Assembly (NCBI RefSeq): GCF_009834535.1
Contig: NC_045697.1
Location: 33,544,001 to 33,608,000 of the forward strand
Direction of reading: 5' to 3'
Origin: Camelus ferus
Taxonomy: Eukaryota
Length of the DNA: 64,000 bases
Shown: one piece after another, positions 38,301 through 50,200 of the stretch
How positions within the stretch are numbered: position 1 is the stretch's first letter
Layout: each line of letters begins with the position of its first letter
Position numbers and translations under genes: made by a program
Notes under the pieces: generated by a model
What the model saw: only the letters and a program-made list of their open reading frames with translations
What the model was told of the DNA's origin: nothing
The model's database searches: none

Positions 38301-38809
38301 TCTTTGAAGATGGCACACTGTGCATCTGTGACATCAGTTAAGTACGTGAGTGAAAACTCTGACACAGAGATATCTCTTTATTTATTGTTTATACCTGAGA
38401 CCAGAATTTATAGTTTTTTGGGATAGTTCTTTTCATTGTTATTAGCTTAAACTATATGGTTGTGCCACGAAGCAAGAACTAGTAAATGCTGGACCTCATA
38501 TTCAAATCCCATTAAAGTCGCTGCACATAAATTAGACTGATCAAACACACATCACCCTTTTGGTCCTATTCTCCAGCCTAATTCTTTACATTTCCAATCC
38601 CAATAGTTGGCATTCAGCCACAACATTTATTTATCAATTTACCATCATCGCATGGGATAAGATCAGGGCTGTCTTTTCTTAAAAATCATGTAAAATTTCT
38701 AATGGAGCAATAGACCAAAAGTCAAGAGAAGCAGATTCTACTTCTATTTTCACTTTTAGATGGCTTCCCTGTCACTTAACTAGCCCATGGCTAATCATAG
38801 ATATCCATC

Positions 38810-39391
38810 TACTTTTTCCAGAATTCATTCCCTCTGTGGTTTCAGGTTAGGACTGGCCACAAGAGAGAAATGCATGAGACAGGGATGGCGGTCATGAGCC
38901 ACCATCCACTTTACCCAAGGCTGGCGTACAACACTAGGCCCTGCGGCAGCTCGTGTTTGCTCTTATTGATCCTCTAGTTGGATTGATAAGGAACAGCACC
39001 TGGGCCCTTTATTTAAACTCCTACCTGTTCTTCTTCAGCTTTTTTGAGTCCTAAGCCAGGGGAATGCGCCATTCTACAATGAAAGGCACCAACTTCTCCC
39101 ATAACTCATACAAGTTATCTTAGTTGGAGACAGTGAGAAACAGACACAGGTTCCAGTTTATATTCATGATTCCAGTGCATCCTTCCCAATTCATATTGGC
39201 CCTTGCTCTCCCTTACTTCACATTCAGCTTTCCTTCTTTACTGAGAACTGAGTACCAGATGCAAAGGCAATAGCCTTGTAAAACTTCTCTGCTACCTCTC
39301 ACCATTGCCTCAGTTCTAATTCCCATAATTAATCCTATATTCTGTACTACTCATACTGTTTCTGCCTCTCTGATTAAACCCTGGCTGATAT
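38810..39391 (+). mobile_element. ERVL LTR (LTR33-like)
   Basis: Ends TTCTGCCTCTCTGATTAAACCCTGGCTGATATA, a typical ERVL U5 end. Confidence 0.5.
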
Positions 39392-39790
39392 AATTTGTAT
39401 GAAGAATATACAAAAAACTTCTACAAATGATTAAGGCAAACGACTGGATAAAAAAATGGCAAAAGAAACTAACAGAAAGATCATACGCACAAAAAACCTC
39501 AAAACACAAAAAAGCTAACACAAGATGTTTGACCTGATTAGTAATCAGGGAAACACAAATTAAAACATGAGCTATTACTTCATGCTCGTCAAAGTAGCAA
39601 ATATTAAAATGTATGAAAACTGTAAGAGAGTTTGGATGTGGAACAGGAGGAAGTTGCACACTTCTTCTGGTAAGAGGTAAACTAACCACTTTGGGGAATC
39701 ACTTAGCAATACTGATAAAGCAGAAAATGAGTATTCTCTCAGACCTACGCATTATACACCTAGAAAGGATCCTAGAGGGATTCTCACATA
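39392..39790 (+). mobile_element. L1ME ORF2-end fragment
   Basis: AAAAAATGGCAAAAGA...TAGTAATCAGGGAAACACAAATTAAAAC. Confidence 0.6.
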
Positions 39791-39923
39791 TTAAAAATGG
39801 GGTGGAATATGTAATGTCCTTTATCCAGAGAATAATGGTATCAATACCTACTTGAGCCTGAGCAATAGTACACTTACCTTGGACTTGATCATCCAGGAGG
39901 AGGAGGTGGTCTCCACTGCCAAC

Positions 39924-40444
39924 TGTGGTATCACCCACAAGACAGCTCCCAGTGATCCCTGCCTTGAGTCAACCATGATCTTGTATAATCCCCTCCCCTT
40001 TTGCATGGCCTTGATTTAATGTTTCACTTCTAGTGGATAAAATAAGGTAGAGGTGATGAAAAGTCAGTTACAAGATTAGGTTACAAAAAGACTGTCGCTT
40101 CTTTCTTGGGCACCCTCTCTTCCTCTGTTATATTGTAAGCTGCCCTACGGAGAGACCCACAGGACAAGAAACTGACATGTGCAGCCAAAATCCAGCCAGG
40201 CCCTGAGACCAGTAAACAGCCATATGAGTGAATTTAGATAGGGATCCTCCCCCTGTTGTGTCTTAAAATGATGACAGCCCTGACTGCCACCTGGATTGCA
40301 GGAAGTGTAAGATCCTGATCCTAAGGCATCCAGCTACTTCATGCTCAGATTCTTGATCCACAGACTGTAAGATAATAAAAATTTGTTGTTTGAAGCAATC
40401 GAGTTTTAAGGTAATTTGTAAAATATCAATAGATAACTAATATA
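39924..40444 (+). mobile_element. MaLR LTR, MLT1F-like
   Basis: GCTCCCAGTGATCCCTGCCT...AGCTGCCCTACGGAGAGACCCAC...GATAATAAAAATTTGTTGTTTGAAGC...AGATAACTAATATA. Confidence 0.8.
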
Positions 40445-40539
40445 TCCTCCAATAATCAATGCAAAACCCATAGTGGTAAACAAATTCATTATTTTCAGAA
40501 TAAGGACTCTGAATTATCCCATTAATTTATTAGTTTAAA

Positions 40540-41240
40540 CAATAATTACTGCAGACCTGATTTGTCAGGCCCTATGGTAGGAAAAAAAACAAAAAACAGT
40601 CCCTAACCTCTGCTTTAATGGAGTTTTGCAATATAGACAATAAATAATACTATACATCCTGTATCAGAAGATGATAATCCTATAGAGAAAAATAAAGCAA
40701 GTAAGCAGGATAGACAAACCCTGGTCTAAGAAGGGGTTGCAACTTTAAAAAGGGTAGTCAGAGACCTCTGCAAAGATAATATGCAAACAAACCCATGAAG
40801 AGTATGGTGGAGTGAGTCATCCAGGATCTGGAGGCAGTGCATTCCAAGCAGAGAGGAGCAAATTCAAGTCCTGATGCAGGAGTGAAACTGAGCAGTGCAG
40901 CATCCAAGGGGCCTGTGCACCTCTCTAAGGACTTTAGCTTTAGCTCTGGAGTAAAATGGGAAGCCATAGGGTTTTGAAAAGAGGGGTGATATTACTAAAC
41001 TAATGTTTTAAATAATCATTCTGACTGCTGTGCTTTAAAAAGATTGTGGGGGGCCGGGGGGGCAGGGTAGGCTTGGGGGTCAAGTGTAAAACAAAGGAGA
41101 CGAGCTAGAAAGTTTTTATAATTCCAGTGAAAGTATGTGGTTCAGATCAGGGAGGGAAAGATAAAGGATGTGAAAAATGGTCAATTATGAATATGTTTTA
41201 AAGGAAGAGTCAATAGGATTTGCCAGACAATTAAGTTAAT
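40540..41240 (-). mobile_element. L2 fragment
   Basis: TCCAAGCAGAGGAGC...TAAGGACTTTAGCTTT...AATCATTCTGACTGCTGTG is typical antisense L2. Confidence 0.65.
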
Positions 41241-41438
41241 TTGTAAACTACATATATGTGTATATCTACTGAAGGATACCCAGAGTAAATCACTGAGCCA
41301 GAAAAATACATGCTCGTTAATAATACTTTCAAACATTTATTATTCATAATCCCCTGTAATCTATACCCACTGCTACTGCCTTTCTTCCAGGCACTATAAT
41401 GACTATTTTCAATGACTTTTCAAAGGTTTCAAATGCAT

Positions 41439-41444
41439 TTTATT
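41439..41444 (-). terminator. Polyadenylation signal AATAAA for COX7B2
   Basis: TTTATT on + lies 90 nt past the stop codon; a second AATAAA is at 41336-41341. Confidence 0.7.
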
Positions 41445-41534
41445 TCTTCAATTATGCTGTATGTAAATGAGCAACAGTGTACTTAAATGACAAGTTGATT
41501 TTGAAACAACTCTGTATTACAGTAACTTTGATGG

Positions 41535-41780
41535 TTACTCATCATTCCACGCTCTTGGAGTGACTCTGCCAACAGGGGACAGGTTCCATTTTATTCCAAT
41601 CTGTGTGGTTGTAAACACCCATGCAACAAGACAGAAAGTGGCTCCACCGGCTAGTAGAATATTACCATATTTGTCATGAAAATCTGGTGACTGTTTGGAG
41701 TGGCTCTGTCTTGCCCTAATTTGCTGAATGCTTTGAATCTTCAGACTACTTAGTGCATTTCTGACCAAGGGAAACATCAT
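41535..41780 (-). CDS. COX7B2: Cytochrome c oxidase subunit 7B2 (81 aa, complete CDS in one exon)
   Basis: MMFPLVRNALSSLKIQSIQQIRARQSHSKQSPDFHDKYGN...WVFTTTQIGIKWNLSPVGRVTP carries the COX7B family motifs PDFHDKYGN and WNLSPVGRVTP. MM start, RNALSSLKIQSI and WVF match recalled COX7B2 rather than COX7B. Intact frame, splice acceptor upstream, no poly(A) tract. Confidence 0.9.
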   Translation of the reverse strand: MMFPLVRNALSSLKIQSIQQIRARQSHSKQSPDFHDKYGNILLAGGATFCLVAWVFTTTQIGIKWNLSPVGRVTPRAWNDE

Positions 41781-41840
41781 GGAAGATGTGATAGAATTGC
41801 AGTTGACTGAAGTTTCTGGTCTATTTCCTTGCAAAGAAAC

Positions 41841-41860
41841 CTGGAAAAACAAAAGACAGG
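41841..41860 (-). promoter_or_regulatory. 3' splice acceptor of the COX7B2 terminal exon
   Basis: Minus strand CCTGTCTTTTGTTTTTCCAG|GTTTC: pyrimidine tract plus CAG, 60 nt upstream of the ATG. Confidence 0.65.
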
Positions 41861-41902
41861 CAATGACATCTGATCTACATTCAGTTTCACCCACACCACT
41901 CC

Positions 41903-42070
41903 TTACAGTGTGGCCAGGGACGTGAGTTTTGATATCACAGATGTCTGGATCTGAGGCTCAGCTCTGTCACTGATTAGCTATATGAACTTGGACAGTTAGC
42001 TTACCTCTCTTTACCTTAGTTTCTTCAATGGCAAACTGAGACAATGTCTGGCTGATAAAATGGCTACAGT
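41903..42070 (+). mobile_element. MIR
   Basis: CTCAGCTCTGTCACTGATTAGCTATATGAACTTGGACAGTTAGCTTACCTCTCT. Confidence 0.65.
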
Positions 42071-42439
42071 GGCTAAAATTTCCAACATGCCCCAATAGTC
42101 CGATGACCTACGTGTCTACTAAAAACTCCAGTTTCAGTCAGAATTACAAGGGATTCACAGGGTATGTCATACCTCCTCGTCCTCTTGCCAATTTCCTGTA
42201 TTCCTTTTAATCCCCTTCCCCTACTCCCTCACCCTCACTTCTCTATCTCTACCTGTAATTCTTGTCTTGTACCTTCCTACAGGTAAAACTCTACTTGCCT
42301 TTTAAATCCCCGTCTAGAAGTCACTACTTCTACAAAGTCTTCTTCAAACCTCCCTAGGCTTGAATAAGCCCTTCTTCTCTGGGCTTCTACACTGCTTATA
42401 ATCTTTCTTCCATAGCATTTAACATGATGCATTGGCTTC

Positions 42440-42680
42440 ATCATTTTTAAAAACAGACTTTACTTTTAGAATAGTTTTAGGTTCACAACAAAACTGAATG
42501 GAGAGTAGAGTCCCCATAGACATCCTGACTCCACACCTGTATGCCTTCTCCATCCTGGACCAGAGCAGCACATTTGTTACATTTATTACAATCAATGAAC
42601 CTTCATAACAGTCCTTTATCATATATGCCTTTTGCAAATATTTGCTTCCAGCCTGTGGCTTGTCTTATCATTCTCTTGAG
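42440..42680 (-). mobile_element. L1MC-type fragment inside L2-like sequence
   Basis: AGACTTTACTTTTAGAATAGTTTTAGGTTCACAACAAAACTGA...TTTGCAAATATTTGCTTCCAGCCTGTGGCTTGTC. Confidence 0.65.
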
Positions 42681-45185
42681 GAATTATCTTTACATTCTCC
42701 TCCGATAGTCTGAAAAATCTTCAAGAGCAAAGGATGTATTTTGCATACACAGTAGATGACACAAAAGTGTAGAATGAACATTTTTGAACCAATCTGAGAT
42801 ATGAATGAAGTCTGGTATCCTCATAAGAAGTTAAAACCAACTGAGAGTAAGCCTCAAATCATGAAATCAGATGCACATATCCTAATAGCCCTAATTTATA
42901 TTTTTTAAACAAATAGTTATACTGAGCAAGAGATCTAGAAGCAGAAAAACATGGATGAGTTCTGTCAATTCCTCTTCTTTGTGCAGGCTGTCAAACAGTG
43001 CTCAGTCTCCAGCAATGACATATGTTAACTGTGGCCCAAATGCAGGCAACAAAGCTACAAAAGGGCCTGAGGTCAGTACTTGAAAACTTATAACTGTTCA
43101 CTGAGATTTGCCAACTGAAATGATTTTATTCCCAACTTAGAAAACAAGACCCTAAGGTTTTCTTTTATTTCCTACCAGATGGTAAAGTGGTACTCTTCGT
43201 GATTGTGACAAACAGGGCAAAAAAAAAAAAAGAACCAAATGCATTTCCTCTGAGGTTCCAAACACTCAGTTTTTTTTTTTTTTCCTGTTAGTCATGAATC
43301 TCTCCACCAAAAGGCACTAGTTTTAATCTGAATTGAATTCAGAGAGCTGGTTGAAGGTGAAATGGATCAGAGTATGACAGGTGCAGCCTTAATCCAATAC
43401 AAAAGCACTTGTGCCACACAGAGCTTTTGGTCTTTAGGAAGGTACAGAACCAGAGAATAATTTGTGATAATAGGGATCTCTTGTGGGTCATCAACCCATG
43501 CCTGCTGCTTTATGACAAACTGAGTTCATTATTCCTATCCTCACGCTAAGTTGAAAGTCAGATACATTGTCTCTAGTGACACTGACTGCATCCCTTTGTA
43601 GCTTAGTTCATTCTTTGGCTATTCTCACCTCTGTGAAGCTGTTCTTTTCTATCTAGTCTGAATTTGCTTGTACCAATAAGTGTCCATTACTAAGAATTTT
43701 CTATTAGGAACTCCTTCTGTAGTTAGTAGTTGGCATTTCATCCTATAATAAGCAAACTGCAGTCTTTTCATTCCTTTTTTTGTTTTTCCTTGTCAGCATT
43801 AGCTACATCCGTCTCAGTTGCCTTCATATCTGCCTTTTATCTACTTTTGTTTATAAAACACATGTAAGAGCTAGTAACCCACTGATTAAAGAAATTTTCC
43901 ATCTCGCTGAACTCCACATGACTTATTTCTACAATAAATTTTATGTTATTGAAGAGCCTTAAGCCTATTATCCAAAGAACTGAAGTTATAGATTCTAATA
44001 TCCATATAAAAGCATAAAAAAGGAAATTCAGTAATGTAGTGCAGGTAAAGAAAATGTTTCTCAAAGTAGATGCTTTCTGATGAAAACAGACTACAAAGAG
44101 ATGGAAGAAGACAGATTTCTCTAGGCAATAAGAACAAAGTAGAGGTTCTCTCATGCCTGTGGCAATAAAAAAAGAAATATGCTCTGAATAAATATAAATA
44201 GTTAAAGGGAGTGAAGTATCCTATGAGGATGAAAAGGAAAGATTGACTGTCTCATCTATTTTATACCATAATGTTGAAGCTCAGTTCAGGAAAAATAACA
44301 AATACTTCAATCTAACTGCGATAAAGAGGTATATAGATTTGAAGCTTCACTGGTAACAATAATAATTTTAAATCACTGGAAGGCCATAAAAAGAAGTAAA
44401 GCCATAATGCAGGAAGGAAACTAATGTTTATTGAATATATACACCTGTTTGCCAGACATCATACCAGAATTTTGCACATCTGCAAAAACAGTGCAAGATG
44501 GTGATGATTTATCTCCATTTTACACACAAGAATAAAAGTCAGGACAAGACTTGAACTCAAGTCCTGATTCTAAATCCAGTGCATTTTTCAACTGCATCAT
44601 GTTTTCTTAAAGTATATTCCATCCTGAGCATTGGAAACAAACAGACAAACACACAAAACAAACATAAAACTAGCATGGTTACCAGAGATGGGTCCTTAGT
44701 TGAAAACGGTTCACTTCAGTTTACTATACATTTATGGAGTGATGAGTGGTGTGGCAGGGCCTGGGGTGGGTCCCAGTGCTATCACCCCTACTCTTACGGT
44801 AGCTTATGGTGGAGAGAGGGGATGAACACAGCACTGTTATAAGGGAGGAGACAGGCCAAAGAAGAGCACAGGGAGGAGAGGTACGTTTCAACCTGAGGTT
44901 CAAGGAATGGTTTTAGAGGAAACGACAAGTTGGCTAGATCTTGAAGGATGAATAAGAAATATAAAAAAACAAAACTGGTTGGGAAGAAAATGGAGACCTA
45001 ATAGCAAAAGCAAAAGCACAGAGAGCTGGAATAGTACGTGTGCGGGCAGCCTGATGAGTAACACTAAGTAGTAAGTGTTGAAGCAGCAAATGCCCACAGA
45101 TGAGCCCGGAGGGAGGAGGAAAGGACAGCAGCACGCTGAGGACATCCTATGCCGTAACATGGCATTTGAACTCAATTCCGTAGGT

Positions 45186-45863
45186 CATTGCTTCCCACTG
45201 TAGAGAAAACAGTGCTCACACGCAAAGCCTTTTCTGTAGTTAACAATGACAATTCTTAATTCTGTGTTTTTTAGCTTCACAATATTAAAAAGGAACATAA
45301 GAAAATAATATGAGATCTGGCTGGTATAGCTTATCGATTTCTACTACCCGTGTTATCTTTGTTCTGCATTTTGGTTGCACTAGTATACATTTATCTGTCC
45401 TGGGCTAATGTGAAAAGAATGGAGGCAGCTTTTATATTTAAGTAATGTGTTCATGTCAGAGCAGAACAAATACTTAGACAAATGGAGTCAAGCCACAGCC
45501 TATTATATAGCAAAGCATTTGAAAATACAAGAACTTAAGGCCACTGAAAGCAATGTTACAGTTTCAGGACAATATTAACTGTCATAACTGAATTAATATG
45601 CAAATTTGAATATTCTTCTGTTGTACAGTTTGGTTCATTTTTTAATATGAAAATATATTTTGGTTCCATAATTGTATTAGCTTTAAACATAATGAATTTG
45701 ATTTTATGTTTACACACATATAAGTGCTTTTATAATAAATTAATTTAAGGTAGTACAAGTTGAGATGAAATAATGTGTTTCCTCTTTAAAAAACATGCCA
45801 TATGTGAAACAAACAAACAAACAAGCAAACATGCTATATGTAATCTGAGTTTGGGAAACATTC
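45186..45863. mobile_element. hAT-type DNA transposon interrupting L2
   Basis: Degenerate TIRs CATTGCTTCCCA...TGGGAAACATTC; 8-bp flanks CCGTAGGT / TTATTGGT; L2-like sequence on both sides. Confidence 0.45.
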
Positions 45864-46600
45864 TTATTGGTGAGGAGAAACCACTGATTGGTTTAATCAG
45901 GAAAAGGTTAAGATGAGGAAAAAAGCACTTTACAAAGATAGGTTAGGTGAAGAAAGGGTAAGAAGATGGCAAAAGTAAGTGGCAGAAGAGCTAAGAGGTC
46001 AGTTAAGGGTTTATTTCAATGGTTCATTAAAAAGATGATGAAGACCTGAATTAAGTACTGATAACAGAGAGAGAAAGGAGATAGAATTGAGATATATTAG
46101 GGAAAAAGTCATACTGATTTGGAAAATAAGTTACTCTAAGTAAATTGTGTATTCCATTCACTTAGCCTCTTGGTTAAGATTATGACCAAAAACTCTGTTG
46201 CAATTTCTGCTAAAAATCAGCAGACATTGACACTGCAACTTTTAGCTGATCCCAGGAAATTAGAGTTTGGGCAATCTAGGTATAGAATGCAGCAAGGTCA
46301 AAGCAGATATAATTGAGGTGTGCTCGGAATGACAGGTCTAGCTACCTGAGCAGAAAAAAGAGGAGGAATCCTAAAAGGATTTACTGGTTGGTCCTAAAGA
46401 AAAAAAAAAAATCAATTTCATTCAGTCTAAGTATAGCCGTAACCCAGACCAATAAATGACCTGCTTAGCTTTGATACAGGGCTTTCTATCTAATTTCAGG
46501 AAGAAAATTGGAAACTGCATCCTATTTCTCAAATATGCCCATTTAGTACTATTAGAAATCCCACAGGGAGATGATGCTCAAGAAGCAATTAAATGAATCA

Positions 46601-46815
46601 CAGGGTTTCCCAACCTGGATACTATTGACATTTTGATCCAAAGTAATTCTCTGTTGTTGGGGGATGTCCTGTGCACTGCAGGGTATTTAGTAGCATCCCT
46701 GTCTCCATAGACTACATACCAGTAGTACCTCCTCAGTTGTGACACCAAAAATCTATCTCCAGACATTATCAAATGTCCCTTGGGGAGCAAAGTCATTCCC
46801 TATTGAGAACCACTG
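46601..46815. mobile_element. MER20 (hAT-Charlie)
   Basis: CAGGGTTTCCCAACCT...ATTGACATTTTG...GTCCTGTGCACTGCAGG...CCAGACATT...TTGAGAACCACTG with TIRs. Confidence 0.85.
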
Positions 46816-47004
46816 TTATATACAGTGCAAAGTGTCTCTTGTCACTTCTCCCACAATCTTCTAAATGACATTGTTCTATTCAATACAGAGGCTTACATTC
46901 TAAGAACATACATTCCCTACCGTGGAGTGCATGAAAGTTGCCCATCAATGTATTTTTTTCCCTGAACTAATCTCAGTTTTTAAAATGTTGTACAGTACAA
47001 CCTA

Positions 47005-47285
47005 GATTAATCACTTAATCTATCTAGGCATCTGCTTCCTCATCCATAAAATTAAAAAGAGGGACTAATTTGGCTTTTCCCAAACCTGCCTGATCCTCAG
47101 TCATTTGGAATCTTCGTTACAAAATGTAAGATTCCTGGACTCCAGCCAAACATACTGTAACAGAGTATTCGGGGGAGAGGGGTGGCCTGAGAGTCTATAT
47201 TTTTTAACAAGTTCTCATCAGACAAGTTTATGGAACACTAAATCAGATAATCTCTAAGGTCCTATCCAGCTCTAACACTCTAGAC
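47005..47285. mobile_element. MIR-like element interrupted by MER5-like element
   Basis: TCACTTAATCTATCT...CCTCATCCATAAAAT, then TTCCCAAACCTGCCTGATC...TTTTAACAAG, then TCTCTAAGGTCCTATCCAGCTCTAAC. Confidence 0.55.
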
Positions 47286-50200
47286 CTTCCTAAAGAGAAA
47301 AACATGTTAGGAAGACCATTTATTCTTCTAGGCCACTGAAAGAGTACAATAGTAATTGAATTCGCCACCCTGGTAATTTAGAAAGCAGTACCTGAGTGAC
47401 CTGAAAGAGTTACAGGGGCCCCCCGAGAACAAGTTAGTCAACAGAAACACCTGGCAGCATTTAAAAACATTAAAAGCACTAGTAACAAGGGCGTTCTGCT
47501 GTGTAAGGTATGAGACACTTTCAAAGCTAAGGCTCCTAGACTCCATCACTCAACTGAATAACACCTTTATTTCCACCTGTTTTTATTTCTGCTCTGCTTT
47601 TATAGCTTCAGAATATTGACACAAAATAAGAAACAGTAAAAAGGCAATCTTCTTGAAATGAAAATGCATATAACCTGCAGTGTCTTCCCTTCATTTATGT
47701 ATTCCTCAGAAGACAAGGCAACTCCAGGAGGGATTCAGTCTACATGGTGCAGTGTCTCCCATCACGACTCCTTAAGCCTTTAGCCTTTTTGGAACAGAAA
47801 TTCTGGGAACCCTGCATGAAGCAATGCTGTTGGTGGAAATGCTGAGTAATACTTCTGTTTCATACGTAATGGTATCACCTCCTGAGTTCACTGAACTGAT
47901 GGATGGACAGCCATTTGCTTAAGGCTGTGGACTATGTCACTTTATTAAGCCTAAAAAGTTACAGAAATGGCCGTTACCCGAACAAATTAAAAGACAGATT
48001 ACAGTGGTGGGTTATTATGCCAGGAGGGAGACATGACAGAGTGGACAGCTTGTGAGCTGATGTCCTCGAATGGCACATGTTGCCTGAAGAGTGCAGGGCT
48101 GTAAGCTATGTACTGTCCGTCACAGTCTCCCCACGGTCCAAATGCACAGACCGCCTCTATCCTATATAGGAGACTAAAAGCACTCAATAATGTCCATCCT
48201 GGGAATAATCTCAGCGCTCATTTAGGCAATTCCTTTTATGAACCTAATTACATTAATGCTGTTCACACATTAAGCCCCCATTACGTTTTCTTTAGTCACA
48301 AAGTACTTACAGCTATATTTGTTTTTCTCCCTTCCTGATAGCTACGTGTAAGAGAACAAAACAGTAACAGGCTGGGGTCTTTTCTCCATGCCCACTGCAA
48401 GTCAAAAGCATGATCATGCAATAATTCTTTTTGTGTTTTCTATTAAACTTTAGTAGGCCCAGCAAATTTCCTTAAAGTGGATATCCAGGCTATGTTTACA
48501 TTACAATCTATTTCAAACATTGGAAATATGTAACCTTGTTATTTCAAACAATGTGCTAAGTGTTAGAAAGGGGGCCACTGTGCTTCCTCTCAAAAGATTT
48601 TATATTAACTGCATCCCATGGCTCATAGATTGTTGTGTAGTCTGGTCCAGCTAGAAGAGTACTTCGTATTTCAGTGGATCCAGCAGATCAAAACACCTGG
48701 ATAAATGCACAGCATTTCTCCAACTTAATCTTGGAAAAGAGATTGTGGTTATAAGTACATTCTAGAAACTTTCAATATTGTTTCCAGAAAACAATATGGA
48801 GCCAATGAAAGACATTAGGAACGTGAGTTACGGGGTCAGATTTGCCTCTTAGACATTACTGTGGTGTGGGGGAAGAGTCTGCAGGGGAATGATGCAAATG
48901 ATAATGAGTAATGATAAGGACTTGAACTTGGACAATTCACCCAATTAAAGTTTTTAAATGTGCCAGTCCCTAACTTCTGCAGTCTTCATATTTCTGCATC
49001 CAGTGCTTGGCTTTGCAGAGCCAGACCACAATTCCTTTGCAAAGGCACCTAAAAGTGACAGCCTTTGAGGATCCACCTCACACCAATGGAACTCTCAGAC
49101 CTTGATGTATGAAGTGGAATGTGAGTTTTTATTTTATTAACTTTAATGGAAGAATATTTCATTCCAGTGAATGGAATACATAATTTACCTTTTAGCTTAA
49201 TTAGCTTGACACAGATTCCAGTCCTAAAGTGCCCTTCTATCTGTATTCCCCTAAGAGGTGCCTATTTCATTAGTTCTGTTTGATGCTAGTGGGTGTTACT
49301 AACAAAACGGGCTTCAGCCTCATCTATGGTTGGGGAATACGTGGTAACAAAGTCAAATTTTTTTTTTTAATTGAAGTACTTCTCTAGCCTCTTGTGGTGC
49401 TGATGCACACAGTGATTCTCTGAGAGGGATGCCACGCGGTGCTTTCCGAAGTTACCTAACATCCCATGTTTTTCCCCTCCAGAGCCTATCTCCATATTAG
49501 TGTTTTCCACCATACACTTGAAAGGATGTCTCTGTGTTCTCAATGCTGTTACATCATTGCACTCATCTTAAATGGTTTAATAGTTCTAGGAGGCATTTCA
49601 CAAACCAAATCACTTCCTTGTGGGGACTTGTGACATATGACTCAGGGAGTATGGAGTGTGTGATAAGCCTGCAGTATCTTAACAACCCTCATAGCAATTA
49701 ACGTTAGCCTTCATTATGTGATTCTAACTTCTGCAGTTTTAATATTTGTGCAGATGTCTTACTCCCCTCCCCACCTACCTTTATTCACTAAATGCTCTAT
49801 GATTCTGCAGTGGCCATTAGACTTGCATCAATGACTCCTCAGTGCATATTGAAACTTTCATTTAAATCTTGAAATGAAAATGCACAAGGCATTTCTGTCT
49901 TTAATCTAAGTATGTCACTGACATATTTACATAAAAATAAAGAAAAAATTAAAATATTTAACTTTTAGGTATCAATTTAATTTTGAAAGACCCATTTACC
50001 AAGTGTTTCCATTTTTAACAAAAATTGTTTTCAGTGGCTAACCAGAAATTAGGCCAGTAACGGTGTACTCCAGAAGTTAATTTGATCAAATCCAAATTCA
50101 GATTGAAATATTTAGTACTACAAAATAACCCTTTCCTCCTTGTTTCTGAAAACTCCAGATTTTTTAAATTTCCAATTTGGACAATCTCTGCCCTCCTGAA

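Noticed and set aside
39872..39880. Consensus minus-strand donor AAG|GTAAGT downstream of COX7B2
   Set aside because: A single 9-mer is expected by chance, and no supported acceptor or promoter pairs with it.
41781..41894. 38-aa N-terminal extension of COX7B2 in the 119-aa ORF
   Set aside because: It starts at a GTG, runs through the splice acceptor (LLFFQ is the pyrimidine tract) and would mask the mitochondrial presequence.
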